Shown: positions 1-12,214, counted from the first letter of the whole stretch. The stretch is 63,935 bases of DNA, filler included, from Octopus bimaculoides (GCF_001194135.2; 3 parts of 3 records of this genome joined end to end with filler, not necessarily neighbours in it), one strand, 5' to 3'. Program-made: numbers and translations. The notes: generated from the sequence alone by a model not told the origin.

Positions 1-490
1 TATATATATATATATATATATATGTCTGTATATAACTCTCTCTCTCTCTCTAAATACGTATATATAGACATACATACAAACATACACACACACACACACA
101 CACATACAGTTTTTGAAATGATGTCCATATGTATATTTACAATAGTAAGGTAGTCAGATTATTGACTGATTATATACATATCTTTATTTACATTTTATTT
201 ATACTTCAAGCGCTTTCTTCTGTTACCGGCTTTATCAAAATGTGGTTTAAAGTTAGATTTCTTGGCCTTTCTATATATATATAAAAAAATTGAAGGGTTT
301 GCCAAACATGGGAGAAGAAAGAAGAAAAGGTCTGAGAATGAGGGTGAAGTAAAGAGGCACGGCTTTTGTATTGGCATGCTCAAACTTCTTTGTTTAATAC
401 TTAGTGACCTCTAATGTATATACACATACATATATATACATATATTTACACACATATATAATTATATTTATAGATATATATATATTTGCA

Positions 491-551
<61 letters not shown>
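1..551. repeat. Compound (TA)n/(CT)n/(CA)n microsatellites at 1-110 and 417-551
   Basis: Directly visible dinucleotide runs. Confidence 0.95.
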
Positions 552-553
<2 letters not shown>

Positions 554-574
554 CAATAAGAAAATGGAGGGGAT

Positions 575-873
575 ATGAAGTGCTCATCAACTTACAGACA
601 TTGTATTCCGTTGATTAATCTGTTTATTTTATAACTAAATTGACAAAGAACACAATATACAAACACTTATGACATACCATGTCATATCAACAATTAAGAT
701 TTCAAATTTAAAGAACATTTAGCAATTGGAGAAGTGACAAGATCTTACAGCTGTTTCGGCCTAGCGTTGGCACGCCGCATTCTATCTTTATAGCTCCCGT
801 ACTCTGGAGTAATTAGTAGATGAAAATGATGTAATGCGGGTACATGCATGATTCGCTAGGCCTCTTCAGAGAT
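575..873 (-). mobile_element. Probable Penelope-like element terminal repeat (pLTR) remnant
   Basis: Minus strand carries a minimal hammerhead followed by an AT-rich tail containing AATAAA; this layout is typical of Penelope-like pLTRs. No ORF is attached. Confidence 0.55.
742..873 (-). ncRNA. Type I hammerhead ribozyme (minimal, Penelope-type) with extended loop II
   Basis: Minus strand reads AUCU-CUGAAGA-GGCCUAGCG-(87 nt)-CGCUAGGCC-GAAA-CAGCUG-UA^AGAU. All core nucleotides are present, with a perfect 9-bp stem II, 4-bp stem I, palindromic ACAGCUGU stem III and GUA cleavage triplet. Confidence 0.75.
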
Positions 874-880
874 TTACAAG

Positions 881-945
881 GAATTGGTCGGTCCGGGTTA
901 TAGTAAGGCAAGCTACTTAACTCCACAGCTACGCTTGTACCTATA
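881..945 (-). mobile_element. Internally deleted CORE-type SINE fragment
   Basis: ttggtcggtccgggttatagta and gcaagctactta..cacagc match two separated parts of the SINE at 16161-16572. Confidence 0.55.
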
Positions 946-1421
946 TGTAATACATTTTATTCCAAGAGTGCTTATGGATGGCGTTAAATCTGAATTGGTT
1001 AAGCAAAAGTTTCTTTGCATCAAATGCCATTAATAGAAATCACCAAACTGAAAAAATGTCATATATCCTGTGACAACTGAAGATTCTTCCTTCGGAGATT
1101 TGCTGTTGAAAAAATCATTCTATTAAAGGAAGAATTCGTTTTGCAGACAGGTTAAAATCCTTGGATTTTAAACAAAGACAAGTAAGTAATGATTGATTTT
1201 GCTAGACCCAATGCAATTGCTTTTAAATGCAAAATTTCTGCAAAGATGACTCAGAAACAGAAACTAATGTTTATGAAAGGATTCTTTTGTGTTCAGACAT
1301 TAATGAAAATTCTCTTTTGTTTAAGAACTTCGCTAAATTCTTCATTTCAGATCTTGTTAACCTTGTGATGCTGCAGTCAGTGAATACTTACTTTGCATCA
1401 GTTATGCAATCAAATTTCGAT

Positions 1422-1830
1422 TTTTCTGCTTGTACTTGTTTCAGTCATTGGACAGCAGCCAAGTTGGAGCGCTATCTTGAAGAATTTTGTCGAACAAATC
1501 AACTCCAATACTTATTTTATTAAAGGTATGGTACTTATTCTATCGGTTTCTTTTACCGAACTTCCATGTTATGTGACCGTAAACAAATCAACACCAGTTG
1601 TCAAGCGGGTGGTGGCTGGGGGGGTGAGAGATAAATATAAACACAAAGCCACACATTTGTCCATGATACACTTCTACACAGTTTCCTTCGACCAAATTTA
1701 CTCACAAGGCTTTGGGTCGACCCGGGGTTGTAGAAGAAGATGCTTGCTCAAGGTGCCGTGCAGTGGGACTGAACCCAAAATCACGTTCTTACAAAGCAAG
1801 CTTCTGAACCGCACAAGCATTGCTGACACG
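1422..1830 (-). mobile_element. Diverged CORE-type tRNA-derived SINE
   Basis: Collinear with the 16161-16572 copy (cttgtttcagtcatt ... aaggtgccgtgcagtgggactgaaccc). Confidence 0.75.
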
Positions 1831-2429
1831 AACTCTTATAGGAGGAGCTTAGTAAACAACAATTTATTGCTTGAAACCATGATATAAATATGTATGTCAG
1901 CATGTCGCCCCATCTCTTATCCTGCTCACTGGAAGAAATACTTTAATTTGGGAATTTTGGTTATTTCTGCAAATTCTACATGTCAAATCAAGTTGACATG
2001 TAAAGTATTCATGATATTAATGGTAAGGTTATAAGTTCAAAACAGTCCGACGACGAGGAACTAGCTTTGAATGTTAATTGCACAACACTTTACATCTTAC
2101 ATCAGGACTAAACTGAATGGACATTCAGTTCAAAACAACTGGGTACAGTTCAAATACAACTGGGTATAGTTTCCCCATCATGTCAGCATCACTCGCATCA
2201 ATTTATCATTACTCATCAAACCTATTGATTGATATTTCATTTCTTATAGTGGTTCAGAACAAGAGATAGTTGAAACTCCTACAGCCTTGTTTGACTCTAA
2301 AAATAATTAGAATAGAAGCAAAACAAAACAATAAACAAGCAAGAATTCGACTTTTTTGTAGTTCAATAGCATCTATTACTTTATATTAATCGATCTAGAC
2401 ACTCTGAAAAATACCTCACGTTATATTTA

Positions 2430-3190
2430 TAATTATTTGCCAATAAAAAAAAGTTATAAACCTAAAATTTGTTTATCTGGGGTACAGTTAAAAATAGAAT
2501 TTGTTAAATACGTTCCGTGCAAGTACCCATAAATAGTGGTTGTAAACGAGCTTCACAATCTTGAAATAATGGGAATTATTGCTCCATGGCCATACAAAGG
2601 TGCCAACAGTGTTCCACTCATTTATTTGTAAAAGAAAGACGGCAAATTAAGAATGCGTATTGATTACAAATTATATTTAAATGACACGATTCAAAGTTTT
2701 TCTAATTCAACTCTTCGTCTTGAAACAATGCTCCCTGATGTGAAGGAAGCACATATCTTTCCAGAATTGGTATAAAGAATGGGTAATATCTGATTAACTT
2801 GGATAAAGATTCTGAGAAAGTGTGTGCAATAAATACAAACAATGATCTTTACTTAGTCGATAGATTTCAGACGGCTTCATACATCGAAGCTCCATTTTCC
2901 AATATTGTATGGAGTCTATAATGAATGAAATTAATAGTATAATTATCTTCTTTGCAGCAATCCAGAGCAAACTGAAGAATCGAGAAAATGCTATTATCGC
3001 TAGACTGAAAGGAGTCAATGTATTAATTAATCCAAACAAATGCATTAATTATGCATCTTCCATAGATTTCCTAAGAATGGATATTTCAAAAGATGGGATC
3101 AAACCACTCCATAATCTAATAGACAAAATCCAACATATTAATGTTCTCATCTTAACACGCCTGGTGAAACCAACAGTTATATTGATGCTT
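2430..3190 (+). mobile_element. Ty3/gypsy reverse transcriptase remnant
   Basis: Degenerate RT motifs ELHNLEIMGII, KKDGKLRMRIDY..LND and INPNKC..IDFL..ISKDGIKP, with stops and frameshifts. Confidence 0.75.
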
Positions 3191-3559
3191 TAAAGAGAAT
3201 GAAGTATGATTCAGTCTACTTTGATATTGTGTTCTTTACAAATATATAACATTCAGTAATGGGTAATGATGATTTATATTTTGCTGATGTTTAGACAGCT
3301 GAAGATAATAAAAAATAATTTTATCCCGTGCGCCATTTATGTTTGCCAATGGAATTACTGGTAAAGATTGACCTAGAGTCGCATTTCTTAAGCTGGTAGA
3401 AATTTCACTCCCAGGGGAAATTTCAAGTAGGAAATATGGATATTCCGCGGAAAAATTGATTTGAGTTGAAAATTTCTTTAATTTTATTCTCGTTGATTTT
3501 GTTTTGATAAATTTTACTGAATGTTGATTTTAAAGCATTTTGCTGTATCTTGGGAGGAT

Positions 3560-4420
3560 CATTATGTCAATAAAACACACGCACTGGTTCATCGCGAATA
3601 GTAAGGAAAGGACTTTGACAAAGAAACTGAGTGGTCCAAAACAGGCAGTTACTGAGGGACACTGTCTTTTGTTCTGTTGTTCTTTTTAGGTCTTTCAGTT
3701 GCTGCTGTTTTTGGTGAGGTAGTGGCTCCTGAGGGCGGTGTTTTTTGGTTGTTTTTGTTACTGTTGCGTCCACTAGTAGTGTTGTTATTGTTAATGTTGT
3801 TACGGCTACATTTTAATGTTGTAGTTACTATCATTGTTGCTGTGTCGACTGCATGCTACCGTTGGTCCTGCTGCTGATTTGCTCATGACGATGATGCTGC
3901 TGTGGTTATTGTATCGGCAAAAGTTGGGGTTTCTTTCTTTCTTTTTTCTGACGGAGAGTTTTGAGACAGTTTGTGTCATCAAACAAGTGACTTCTTGACT
4001 TTCAGTTGTGAGTCTTTTGGCAGATTCATCAAATCCGGGACAAATGGTATAATCTCTTGACCTTTTTAAATCAATAGCATCTCTTGGCCCCACCAAATTT
4101 GTTTCTGCAACCTTTAAACCCACAAAATATTAGTTTTATCCCCTATGTAGAAAAGAACAGCCGCCACCAACCAGTATATATTTACTTCTGGGATCACGTC
4201 AGCAATCTTTTCACTCTTCAGGGTTGTTGTGGAGTGCATTTTAGCCTCATACTCTATCGGAAATCTCACATCTTATGTGCTGTATTTCTTCCAAAAGAGA
4301 GTACGATTTTTGTGTCCCAGATTGTTCTGAGGCACCAGTCTATATGTTGCTGTATCGTTACTCTATTTTTCGATTTATTATTTCCTTTGGATTCTTGCTG
4401 GATAGATTCTGGTAGATTTA
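3560..4420 (-). mobile_element. Possible decayed LINE ORF1 (gag-like) with Thr/Ala/Pro-rich tail
   Basis: Broken frames (RFPIEYEAKM..IPEVNIY) followed by a low-complexity ACA/GCA-rich tail resembling 13690-14220. Confidence 0.3.
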
Positions 4421-4555
4421 AACATGATTTATTTATCTCGTAAGAATGTATTTTAGATTTTTTAAATCTTGACATCATACATTAAACGGTTCCAGTATTT
4501 TTTTTACTGTAATGATACTTTTGTAGTGGTGACGGTAGAAGTGGACTCTATGTGT

Positions 4556-4938
4556 TGTGTTGGCACTCCGTCGCTTACGACGACGAGGGTTCCAGTTGAT
4601 CCGATCAACGGAACAGCCTGCTCGTGAAATTAATGTGCAAGTGGCTGAGCACTCCACAGACACGTGTACCATTAACGTAGTTCTTGGGAATATTCAGCGT
4701 GACAGTGTGACAAGGCTGACCCTTTTGAAATACAGGTACAACAGAAACAGGAAGTAAGAGTGAGAGAAAGTTGTGGTGAAAGAGTACAGCAGGGTTCGCT
4801 ACCATCCCCTGCCGGAGCCTCGTGGAGCTTTAGGTGTTTTCGTTCAATAAACACTCACAAGGCCCGGTCTGGGAATCGAAACCGCGATCCTATGACCGCG
4901 AGTCCGCTGCCCTAACCACTGGGCCATTGCGCCTCCAC
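4556..4938 (-). mobile_element. tRNA-derived SINE, full length and CpG-intact
   Basis: Minus strand starts with pol III A-box (TGGCCCAGTGG) and B-box-like (GGTTTCGATTCC) sequences; 3' ~180 nt shared with 50499-50795. Confidence 0.85.
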
Positions 4939-5319
4939 CAGAGGTGGACTTTAAGTCATGTTGAAGCCACACTTTAACTTGCTGTTTTATTGTTTTCATT
5001 CTCATTTTTGTTGTCGGTATTTTCATTTTCATTGCTATTGTTGTTGATATTATTTCATTGCTGTGGTTTCGTTCGGCACTGGTTGTGCTGATTTGTTCTA
5101 ACGTGGGGAAGGCAACATCAACACAATTTCTCCAATTTGTAATTTCACACTCCTGAATTTTCGCTGAACGATTCAACGCCATGTTTCAAATTTTTATTTT
5201 ATAGAAATGAGCGAATTTCACGGAAATAAGTCACAAATTCCGCGCCGAAGGGTGTAAACAGAATGGAGCCAAGAGTCTTCCAGAATCACTCCTATGTAAT
5301 AAAGTGGGCAAAAACTTTA

Positions 5320-5950
5320 AACATTATCTCTTACCAAAGACCTTTAAGTTTTCCATACGAACAGCTGATTCAACTTTTCTCCACTTTTCAATGTGTACCC
5401 TGATGTCACTTTCCGTAATGTCTTTGTGAGGAGGATCATAAAAATCACAACCAGCAATGGTGACAGACAATCTTCCTGGAATATCCCTCTCCTGATATTA
5501 ACCTCCACCAAAATTTTCCACATGATGTTTTAACTTTATATTCCAGTTCTTAATCGATTTCCTCATAAGATTTAAAATGTTACCAGACACTTCTACAAAC
5601 TCTGGGTTTTCTAAACTCCAGGAATGGGGGACCATGCCATAAGCTTTCGTATAATCGATCCGTACCATACCCTGATGAGAATGTCTTTTCTTACAAACAT
5701 CTATCAGAAGTTGATATTTTGTCCCCCGGTTTTGTCTCTTGCATCTCTTCTTTTCTACTGGCGACTTGTCATTCATTTCAAGGAAGTCATACATACAATT
5801 AGATATTATTCCTGTTATCAATTTCCACACCAATCTAATGACCTCATATTGTTCAATTCTTTGATCATGTCTCTTAATTTTTGCAGCTTTAGTCTGCAGT
5901 CTTTGTTTCAGATCTTCAAAGACTACATTTAATCTCTTTTTTCTTGATCC
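5320..5950 (-). mobile_element. R4/Dong-clade non-LTR retrotransposon RT fragment
   Basis: WKLITGII, RGTKYQLLID, IDYTKAYGMVPHSW, GI.QEDCLSPLL, plus upstream KQRLQTKAAKL. Confidence 0.85.
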
Positions 5951-5957
5951 TATATCT

Positions 5958-6306
5958 ATGTTGTTGCTGCTGATACTGCTGCTGTTGTTGTTATTAATGA
6001 AACTATCACCACCACCACCACCACCACCACCACCAGCANNNNNNNNNNNNNNNNNNNNNNNNNNNNNNNNNNNNNNNNNNNNNNNNNNNNNNNNNNNNNN
6101 NNNNNNNNNNNNNNNNNNNNNNNNNNNNNNNNNNNNNNNNNNNNNNNNNNNNNNNNNNNNNNNNNNNNNNNNNNNNNNNNNNNNNNNNNNNNNNNNNNNN
6201 NNNNNNNNNNNNNCAATACCATCACGACGACGACGACGACAAAGACGACGACGACGACGACGACGACGACCACCACCACCACCACCACCACCACCACCAC
6301 CTCATT

Positions 6307-6359
<53 letters not shown>

Positions 6360-6360
6360 A
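5958..6360. repeat. (CAC)n/(GAC)n/(CAT)n triplet arrays around an N gap
   Basis: Visible; source of the poly-P/R/H ORFs. Confidence 0.95.
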
Positions 6361-6884
6361 CACATGCACACTAAACAAAAGGGGCGAATAAAACGTGCTT
6401 ATAGTTTCCAACTCGAAATAAATTTATTTCGTTAGTTGCTTGGATAATGTTGGGAACCACTATTTACAATGATAACAGAAGCTTGAAGAATTGAATTCAA
6501 TCATAAACTTACAGATGTAGACTTTCGTAAATATCGTAAACAAAGCACTGTTCACAGTATATTTTCACAGCAAGATTAAAGCTATGGTTATTAAAGATTT
6601 TGTATACACGTATGCATTTATTCCAAATAACGTAAATATGTCTCAACCCTCAAGCTGCAGCACGGAAAAGGCTACGCATCAATATTACTTTGTAAATATT
6701 TTTCATAAGGAGAGCTATTCGTCGCAATAAATCGCAGAGAACTGACGTAAGCGACCCCAATGATCTTAAGAAAATACAACATCGGCTGAAGATTCAGTGG
6801 ATTCTTCAGAGAATATTTGCATCATATGACAAAATGTACGTTTATTAAATATATATGGTTTTATATATTATGAATCTATATACG

Positions 6885-6956
6885 TACGTACGTATGTATG
6901 TATGTATGTATGTATGTATGTATGTATGTATGTATGTATGTATGTATGTATGTATG

Positions 6957-6993
<37 letters not shown>
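6885..6993. repeat. (ATGT)n microsatellite
   Basis: Visible. Confidence 0.95.
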
Positions 6994-6995
<2 letters not shown>

Positions 6996-7049
6996 TACAA
7001 ATAATATATGAGTATATGCATATATATGTACATGTATGTACATACCTTC

Positions 7050-7200
7050 ATCTACATGTATATATTGATGCATATCTGGGTACATGACGTTGCAAAAAAA
7101 CATGGACAAAATGATAAACAGGGTACAGAAAACACACAGGCCACATAGAGAAAATTTCCTTCATCAGCTGCCACCATTATAACACTGGCGTTTCGAAGAG
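7050..7200 (-). repeat. Unclassified interspersed repeat (second copy at about 31120-31295, plus strand)
   Basis: Both copies read CTTC(G/A)AAACGC..CTGATGAAGG.AAAT..CT.TATGT.GC.TGT ... GT(A/C).TGTACCCA.ATATGC. Confidence 0.55.
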
Positions 7201-7271
7201 TTATGCATGTATGTATGTACCAGCCGGTATGTGTGCTTGTATCTATATGCATATATATATATATATATGCC

Positions 7272-7280
7272 TTATCTATC

Positions 7281-7339
<59 letters not shown>

Positions 7340-7461
7340 TCTTAATTTTTATTTTACCTTTTTTTTTTTCAAAGAAAAGCTCTACAGTTGTATTTGTCCC
7401 CTCTGTGTGCAGCCCTGTGTGGCTAATAAAAGAAAGTTATCTATCTAACTATCTATCTATC
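7272..7461 (+). mobile_element. Tx1-like LINE 3' end embedded in a (TCTA)n array
   Basis: ctctacagttgtatttgtcccctct..gccctgtgtggctaataaaagaaa with TCTA repeats on both sides; homologous to 63823-63935. Confidence 0.55.
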
Positions 7462-8277
7462 TGTTTGTTTGTCTGTGTATTTAAATACATGTTTGTACAC
7501 AAACACTCATCCACATGATGTAAACATGCGTGTTGAACGCAACTTGTCTCGCCCAGTTTAATATAAAACATAACAACACAAATAAGGTAACAATACGTTA
7601 GAATATTTAGCACCTCGATATTTAATCTATATAGAACGAGAATTGAACAGATCAGAAAAATCCGGTCAAAGAAACGTATAAGAAAATCTATATTTAATGC
7701 AGACACAGGCTCTGCTTCTGCAACCCTAATCCGCGACTTACTTACTTCAGCCGACATGAGACATTAGTTAGTTGCGATTGATGATAATCCCTGATAGAAC
7801 AACGTAACATTGATTGAACGAATCGTGTTACGAATTAGACGAAATGCATGAAAAAATTGTTTACTAACCTCTCTGTTAAGACAAAAATATCTATATAAAA
7901 CTCGACCGCGTGATAAAGAACGCGGCACAAAAGTATTTAATATAAGGTTTATATACATATTTAACACAACATATACCATACGATCTAATCTGCGACAGAA
8001 TGTCAGAGACAGCGCAATAAACAGGAAAGAGTAAATGGAGATATTTAGAGTTACTATATTAATCTACAAGATAGCTACAGAACAAAGTCAAACAGCTAAG
8101 AAAATTCACATCAAACAAATATGCTTAAATTCCTATTCAACGTTGAGACATCCTATTTCTGCAAACCGAACTCGTAAGTTATGTCGTCATAGAAATTTAT
8201 ATATTTATATTTTCATATCGCATTTGCATATGTCTATATTTTCATACATATTTACATATATATTATCATATGTAAAG

Positions 8278-8278
8278 A

Positions 8279-8375
<97 letters not shown>

Positions 8376-8629
8376 GCGTACATATACATACATACACACA
8401 AACAACGCAATTTACCATTTCACATTTTTTTTGATAAGCACACGTTTCCTTATAGAAAAGAAATTACATTTTGTACGTGAACCTATTTCTTAAAAAATAT
8501 GCCTCATGCCCCTCACATATACACACATACGCACAAATACACACGTTCATGCGTTCAGATGTATGTATATTTGCATGCGTATATGGGCATATACATGTCT
8601 ACATTTATATATGTATGCATATGTGTTTC

Positions 8630-8688
<59 letters not shown>

Positions 8689-8690
8689 GA
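8278..8690. repeat. (CA)n at 8278-8370 and (TA)n at 8629-8690
   Basis: Visible. Confidence 0.95.
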
Positions 8691-8741
8691 CAGACATATT
8701 ATGCTATATAGCTACAAATGTATTACGCAGAAGCATATCAT

Positions 8742-8772
<31 letters not shown>

Positions 8773-8855
8773 CATGTATATATACACACACATATATATG
8801 TATATTATACTACATAGATACAAATTTATTATGTAGAAGAATATATATCATATTT

Positions 8856-9017
8856 AAATATATATGTTTATATATATTTATATATGTGTATAAATGCATT
8901 AATATATATATATAAATATATATGTTTATATATATTTATATATGTGTATAAATGCATTAATATATATATATAAATATATATGTTTATATATATTTATATA
9001 TGTGTATAAATGCATTA
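8856..9017. repeat. 58-bp AT-rich minisatellite, about 2.8 copies
   Basis: Units start at 8856, 8914 and 8972; array runs into an N gap. Confidence 0.9.
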
Positions 9018-9027
9018 NNNNNNNNNN

Positions 9028-9078
<51 letters not shown>

Positions 9079-9086
9079 TAAATTAC

Positions 9087-9124
<38 letters not shown>

Positions 9125-9251
9125 TTATTTACACACACATGAAAAATGAATATATGCATACTGTATGTATAAATATATAAGTATGCATATATATATATAT
9201 ATAATTGTGTGCATGTGTGAGTATCTAACACACACACACGCGCCCGGGAAA

Positions 9252-9289
<38 letters not shown>

Positions 9290-9479
9290 CATAAACGCTT
9301 AGGCGAACACATTGATATAATAAGAATACGGGTTGCGTATTTAGAATAAATGGAAGGAAGGCTATATTTTTTTAAGATTCTAAGCACATAGAAATTCCAG
9401 AGATTAGATAGAATTATTAATATTCTATACCAGGTGGAATGTACAACAATGATGTATTGATATTTTTCTCATTTCTCTG

Positions 9480-9520
<41 letters not shown>

Positions 9521-9816
9521 CTTTGTCTTTATGCATAGAAATATATAATATATAAGCGTACATGTGCCCATATCTACAAATACGCACGCGCACGCACACA
9601 CACATACGTAGATTGTGTATGTATATATATATATGCATGTATATATGTATATATATAAATATTACATACAAACACATTCATATTTGTGTGTGTGTGTGTG
9701 TGCGTGTGTGTAATTTTCTAGTTTATTCATATACACAAATATATATATATACATATACATATACATACACACACACACACACATATACATATATATACAT
9801 ATACATATATATACAC

Positions 9817-10188
9817 ATTGTTATATTCCGGGACGGTCATTTGTTTTCTTGCCAAATAAACACACGCACTATATATATATTCGTTTTTAACTTGTTTATT
9901 ATTGTTCTTATTTGATGTCTATTGTGTGGAAATCGTTTGTCACACATCTGTGACCTCTTCAGTGACTCCCCATCCCACGTGACTTCTGTTCTTTTTAGTC
10001 CATTCTATCTTTGTATGGTGTGTATCCTTATCTGTGCATGCGTTTGCGTCTGTATTTGTGTGTATGTGTGTGTGTGTGTGTGTGTGTGCGTGCGTGCGAA
10101 GAACGAATATATATATAGTGAAGAACGAATCTATAGTGCGTGTATTTATCAAGCAAGAAAACAAATGAACATCCCGAAATATAACAAT
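9817..10188. repeat. Inverted pair of ~57-bp repeats (possible MITE TIRs)
   Basis: 9817-9873 is the approximate reverse complement of 10132-10188. Confidence 0.7.
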
Positions 10189-10256
10189 ATCTGTTTCAAC
10201 ACACAATTTCACATCAGGAATCTTGCAAAACAATTACACCCCACCATACATACGCA

Positions 10257-10295
<39 letters not shown>

Positions 10296-10613
10296 GATAC
10301 GAATGCCCATACATACGTATGTATACATATGCATGCATGCATATAAGCAAATACACATACATACAAACATGTATGTTCATAAAACCTGCCTCACATCAAT
10401 ACGCGTCTCTCGAGAGATTCAAACGACCGAAAACCCTAAATTTTCGCTGTACGCCTTCCATTCTATTTCTAGTCTTTAACTATCAAAGTCATCGCTCTTA
10501 GATTTAGCACTACTCATTATTGGCGCTAATAATTTTTCTGACAATCACATTCGTAATTTTAATTGTTTTACTTTTGTTGGCTCGCAGCAATGTTAGTCTT
10601 CACTTAATTATAC

Positions 10614-10652
<39 letters not shown>

Positions 10653-10778
10653 TGGTATGAATTATAACTGTCGTAGACCATCTATATAGAAAACAAATAT
10701 GAATTTAAAAATATTGTATATGGTTTCTATGATTTCCAATATTTTTCTGAGTTAGACAAATATTGAGTTAAGTTAATA

Positions 10779-10985
10779 TTGGGTGAGCCGATGGAATAGT
10801 TAAAGCACCAGACAAAAGGCTTAGCGGTATCTCTTCTGGTTCTTTAGATTCTGGGTTTGAATTCCAACCGTGGTCAACTTTCCATTTCACCCATCCAAGA
10901 TCGATAAATTAAAGCATCAATCTAGTACTAGGATCAATATGAATGACAAACTACCTTCCTTTAAAATTGCTGGCTTTGTACTTTA
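10779..10985 (+). mobile_element. Diverged tRNA-derived SINE (family with CCTTTCATCCTTTCGGGGTCGAT central domain, Meta-like)
   Basis: Collinear with copies at 28790, 38720 and 42397. Confidence 0.65.
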
Positions 10986-10986
10986 T

Positions 10987-11178
10987 TATGAGGAGGAGTC
11001 GAAAAGTTCCTCTCTTTGAGTAAAAGAAAATACAGGAGGATCAGTTAATTATGGTTTTATTCAACGCATTCCCTTCTCAGATTTACACACTTGCGGCGGT
11101 CCTTCAGTTTTTCTAAGCCCTGTAAAAGAACTCGGAAGGTTGAGCCTTAAAGTCAGGAACTTTTCAGTATCCTTCGTA
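10987..11178. mobile_element. Mariner-derived MITE
   Basis: TIRs tatgaggaggagtcgaaaagttcc and ggaactttttcagtatccttcgta; same family as 47307-47525. Confidence 0.8.
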
Positions 11179-12214
11179 TTGTTGTTTAGCCTCAGGTCAG
11201 CTCAACCATAAACATGCGGAATTGTAACCAAAGATATTTCAGTTTGTGCATCTTTTTTTTTTTGCGTGTCCAGCACTGTTTTATTCAATATGCAATGCAA
11301 TCTTTTCTGAACGGGCAGAGTGTGAATTGAGGTATTGATAGGTGAGATTTGACTTCTGTGTCCAGCAGTTTGAGTAACCTAGTAGAAGCTCGCTTATTGC
11401 TGCTGACTTAAATTTTTGTTTACCTCTGAATTTTGATCTATAGTCAAAAGGCATTCCAGTCGTGTCCTTACCGCCTTCGAATTTGTGCTAAATCGGCAGG
11501 TTGTGATTCAGCCGTTATTTCTAGCAGATAGACGGTTATTTTTCAATTTGGTTTCTGTTATTGTTTTTGTGTTTAACCTCAGTAGACCTGTAGTAAATGA
11601 CGATCCAATTATGAACTTCTGTCTCTTTCTCAGTCTTAGTCTTTCCTTTTGTAAGATGGTTTTGATTTGAGGGATTTAGTCGCTATGAACAGCAGGTTGA
11701 ATGACTGTGTGTAGGTGTAGAATTCTTTTCTTTCATCTGGTAGGTATGTCTGAGTTCTTGAAGAAACGGTCAAATGAGAATTGTAAATGTTGGCACCATT
11801 ATCAAGAATATTATTAATTTTTTTATTACTAACAGTAGAAAATATTATGTTAACCTTTATACTGTGCTTGACTTCTATGTTTAAACTACCCTAGCCTTGC
11901 ATCTTTTCCTCTTCATATCTTCCAAATTTTATCATTTGTGATATTAGCCTATATACAAAGTAGGCAATGTCGTTATCTATAATTAAGTTTCTATGAGGCC
12001 TAACTCGTGGAAGATTTAATCCGGCACAATTTAATATCACCCTTTGGTCTTTAGATAGCTTCAGTGGAGTTTACTCTGTTGCAAGCTTCATCACATAAGA
12101 ACGGCAATAATAATATAAAACCTGTTTTTAAATGTCTCATTCCAGATTGCACATGTATAACATGATGTTGATGCCACTATTGCAGAGTTCTTCATTATTA
12201 TTCAGGCAACAAAT

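Noticed and set aside
1147-1523. Possible exon 1147-1181 (RLKSLDFKQRQ) and ORF 1227-1523
   Set aside because: The ORF's 3' third is a SINE and I recognise no domain; the splice signals alone are insufficient.
1977-2002. Perfect 10-bp inverted repeat TACATGTCAA-ATCAAG-TTGACATGTA
   Set aside because: Isolated, with no supporting context; plausible by chance in 64 kb of AT-rich DNA.
4865-4938. tRNA-like sequence (also 16161-16230 and 50740-50795)
   Set aside because: These are SINE heads continuous with SINE bodies; no complete cloverleaf or acceptor stem.
5956-6411. Poly-Pro/Arg/His ORFs
   Set aside because: Triplet microsatellites spanning a gap.
6786-6810. CTGAAGA...TCTTCAG inverted repeat resembling a hammerhead box
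   Set aside because: No GAAA box or stems in the required positions on either strand.
7150-7200. Hammerhead-like boxes GAAAC and CUGAUGA in type II order (also at 31130-31170)
   Set aside because: No stem I can form between the putative cleavage triplet and CUGAUGA, stem II is weak, and GAAA is mutated in the second copy.
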